Shown in pieces: positions 62,040 through 64,000 of a DNA stretch of 64,000 nucleotides. This stretch comes from Octopus bimaculoides (lineage: Eukaryota): assembly GCF_001194135.2 (NCBI RefSeq), contig NC_068994.1, forward strand, positions 22,882,914-22,946,913, written 5' to 3'. The translations under genes and the position numbers were made by a program. The notes under the pieces are model-generated. The model made no database searches and was not told the origin of the DNA. It saw nothing but the letters and a program-made list of their open reading frames with translations. The first letter of the stretch is position 1. Every line of letters starts with the position of its first letter.

Positions 62040-62341
62040 AGGTACATAAAAAAACAAAAAAAACTTCAACCAGCTATTCTGATTATATGTCTGTGCACAC
62101 GTTTGAATGTGGTGTGTGCCAGAGGGCTTGCAAATCCAGTGAGGGTCTTAAAAGACATGTTAGGATCCACAATGAGCAGAACTTACCTGCAGGTATTGGT
62201 AGTGCAAATCAGAGGTGCAATCTGTGTGGGTGTTTTTTCAAAACACTGTCTGGTTTAAAAAGCCACATCAGACGCCATGAAAGGGCTAAGGTGTAGGTGC
62301 AGGAGGTGGTCAAACTCTGTAAGGAGTAGACAACCACCATA
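62040..62341 (+). mobile_element. Probable RTE-type LINE 3' terminus encoding two C2H2 fingers
   Basis: ORF 62087-62296: CGVCQRACKSSEGLKRHVRIH and CNLCGCFFKTLSGLKSHIRRH, followed by the stem-loop GGTGGT...ACTC-TGTAAG-GAGT...ACCACC. Confidence 0.55.
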
Positions 62342-62624
62342 GGTACATAAGTATGTAGCCTTTAGAGTAGTGCATATACACACTTATATGTATATGTGTG
62401 CGCGTGCCCATATATCTATATACATATTTTTCTTTCTCTCACTGATTCATCAACTCCCACTATCACTTTAGCTAGTACAATAAATGCCTATGTCTATTTT
62501 TAGAAACTTGACCATTATATCTTATTATTCTTCCCTTCCTTTTTGAGGTCTACTACTCACTTTCAGCACCCCGTCCCTGTACCATTTTCTTTACCAATCT
62601 CTCCACCTTAGCGCCTTTCAAACA

Positions 62625-62905
62625 TATCATGGACAAGAAGCCTTTCTACCCATTCTATGCAGCACTTTCCTTGGATAATGGATCTTCAACTTCCCTTTAT
62701 ACTTCCTATATCTCTCCCTCTCCAGAAAAACTTCTTATATTGAACTCTACTATTTCCCTCTATTTAACTCTCTCATATCGTCTCTGATGATGGGATATCC
62801 TTTCTTTCCCTGAAACAGCTGTAAGACTACCTTTCTCTTTATAAATGTCCTAACAATTTCACACTGCTTTGACTTTGTTGTCTCATTTTATTTAACACAC
62901 ACATA
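62625..62905 (+). mobile_element. HHR-B element copy (right arm), ending at (CA)n
   Basis: GGACAAGAAGCCTTTCTACCCATTCTA...TATAAATGTCCTAA, shared with 61555-61860. Confidence 0.8.
62780..62827 (+). ncRNA. Minimal type-I hammerhead ribozyme, family HHR-B
   Basis: GTCT-CTGATGA-TGGGA...TCCCT-GAAA-C-AGCT-G-TA-AGAC. Intact core and perfect stem I; U-U at the first stem II pair; predicted cleavage after 62823. Confidence 0.75.
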
Positions 62906-62937
62906 CACACACACACACATGCACACACACACATTTA

Positions 62938-63772
62938 CTAGGAGGTACCCGAAAGTAACTGGAAACATTCTCTGCGGGACAAGCCTGGTGTAGTTCAGGC
63001 TTCCATAGCTAGAAGCCACTTGATGCAACCCTCAGACATCAGTCTGCTTACTGGCATTGTCAGGTGAGGTCCTACTGCCATGTGCTGTGTCTCTGTTTTG
63101 CAGTGCTTCTCCCTTGTTCATTGATGGCTGAAATGAAAGAACAGCATGCTTCCATGAAATTCTGTTTTCTACTGGGAAAATGGTAAATGAAACAGTTGTC
63201 ATACTTCAAGCAGCTTACAAGGACACTGCCATGAGCAAAACATGAATTTATGAGTGGTTTTCACACTTTAGGAATGGTCACTTGTCACTTGAAGACCAAC
63301 CCTCATTCAGGGCGACCATTGACTTCCTGAAAATTCATGAACTGATCTTGATGAACCATTGCCAAACAATTGACAAACTTGTTGATATGACTGGTGTGTG
63401 CTGGAGCTCTTGCGAACGAATTTTGAGTGAGGAATTGTGAATGAAAAGAGTTCCAGTAGAAGTTGTGTCTTGCTTGCTCACAGAAAATTAAAAGCAGTCA
63501 CAACTGGATGCATGTTGTAAGCTGAAAGTACAGCTGGAAGTTGGTGCTATGGAATTTGCAGATGTGGAAGAGGTGAAGAAAAAAATTATGGAGGTGTTAA
63601 AAGGCATCACCTTGCAGGAGTTCCAGAATTGATTTGAACAGAGGAAAACATGTCTGGACCAATGCATTGCTTCAAATGGAAAATACTTTGAAGGGGATAA
63701 AAGTGTAAACATGTAAAACTAAGTGAATAAAATAATATTGTAAAATTCTGGTTTCTTTTGGGTACCCCCTCA
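62938..63772 (+). mobile_element. Internally deleted mariner transposon
   Basis: TIRs TA|CTAGGAGGTACCCGAAAG and CTTTTGGGTACCCCCTCA|TA; MKFCFLLGK...YEWFSHF; C-terminal CIASNGKYFEGD. Confidence 0.88.
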
Positions 63773-63778
63773 TATATA

Positions 63779-64000
63779 TCATCATCATCATCATCGTTTA
63801 ACGTCCGCTTTCCATGCTAGCATGGGTTGGACGATTTGACTGAGGACTGGTGAAACCGGATGGCAACACCAGGCTCCAGTCTGATTTGGCAGAGTTTCTA
63901 CAGCTGGATGCCCTTCCTAACGCCAACCACTCAGAGAGTGTAGTGGGTGCTTTTACGTGTCACCTGCACGAAAACGGCCACGCTCGAAATGGTGTCTTTT
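63779..64000 (-). mobile_element. Young RTE-type 3' tail (continues past the window end)
   Basis: Near-identical to 60899-61094. Confidence 0.9.

Overview
AT-rich, microsatellite- and transposon-dense animal genomic DNA with ten N gaps. The SINE and LINE-tail repertoire looks like Octopus (cephalopod); this is inferred from repeat recognition, not a database hit. There is one clear host gene: a single-ORF, 538-aa C2H2 zinc-finger protein with 9 fingers on the minus strand (30723-32339). A CpG-retaining region at about 47.5-49.3 kb is a candidate (bidirectional) promoter and first exon, about 15 kb upstream of it. The rest is mostly decayed mobile DNA: tRNA-derived SINEs, RTE and CR1-type LINEs, Penelope-like elements (PLEs), Tc1/mariner/maT transposons, MITE/foldback elements, a possible Helitron junction and a higher-order ~175/680-bp repeat. 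The most notable unannotated signal is a set of seven minimal type-I hammerhead ribozyme motifs from several sequence families. All have the form stem I-CUGANGA-stem II-GAAA-C-[palindromic tetranucleotide]-G-UA-stem I, and most carry 1-2 decay mutations. Three loci are arranged head-to-head, including a 474-bp foldback with an intact-core hammerhead on each arm (50694-51167). Repeat boundaries were read by eye and are approximate (about +/-10-30 nt) unless stated as exact.
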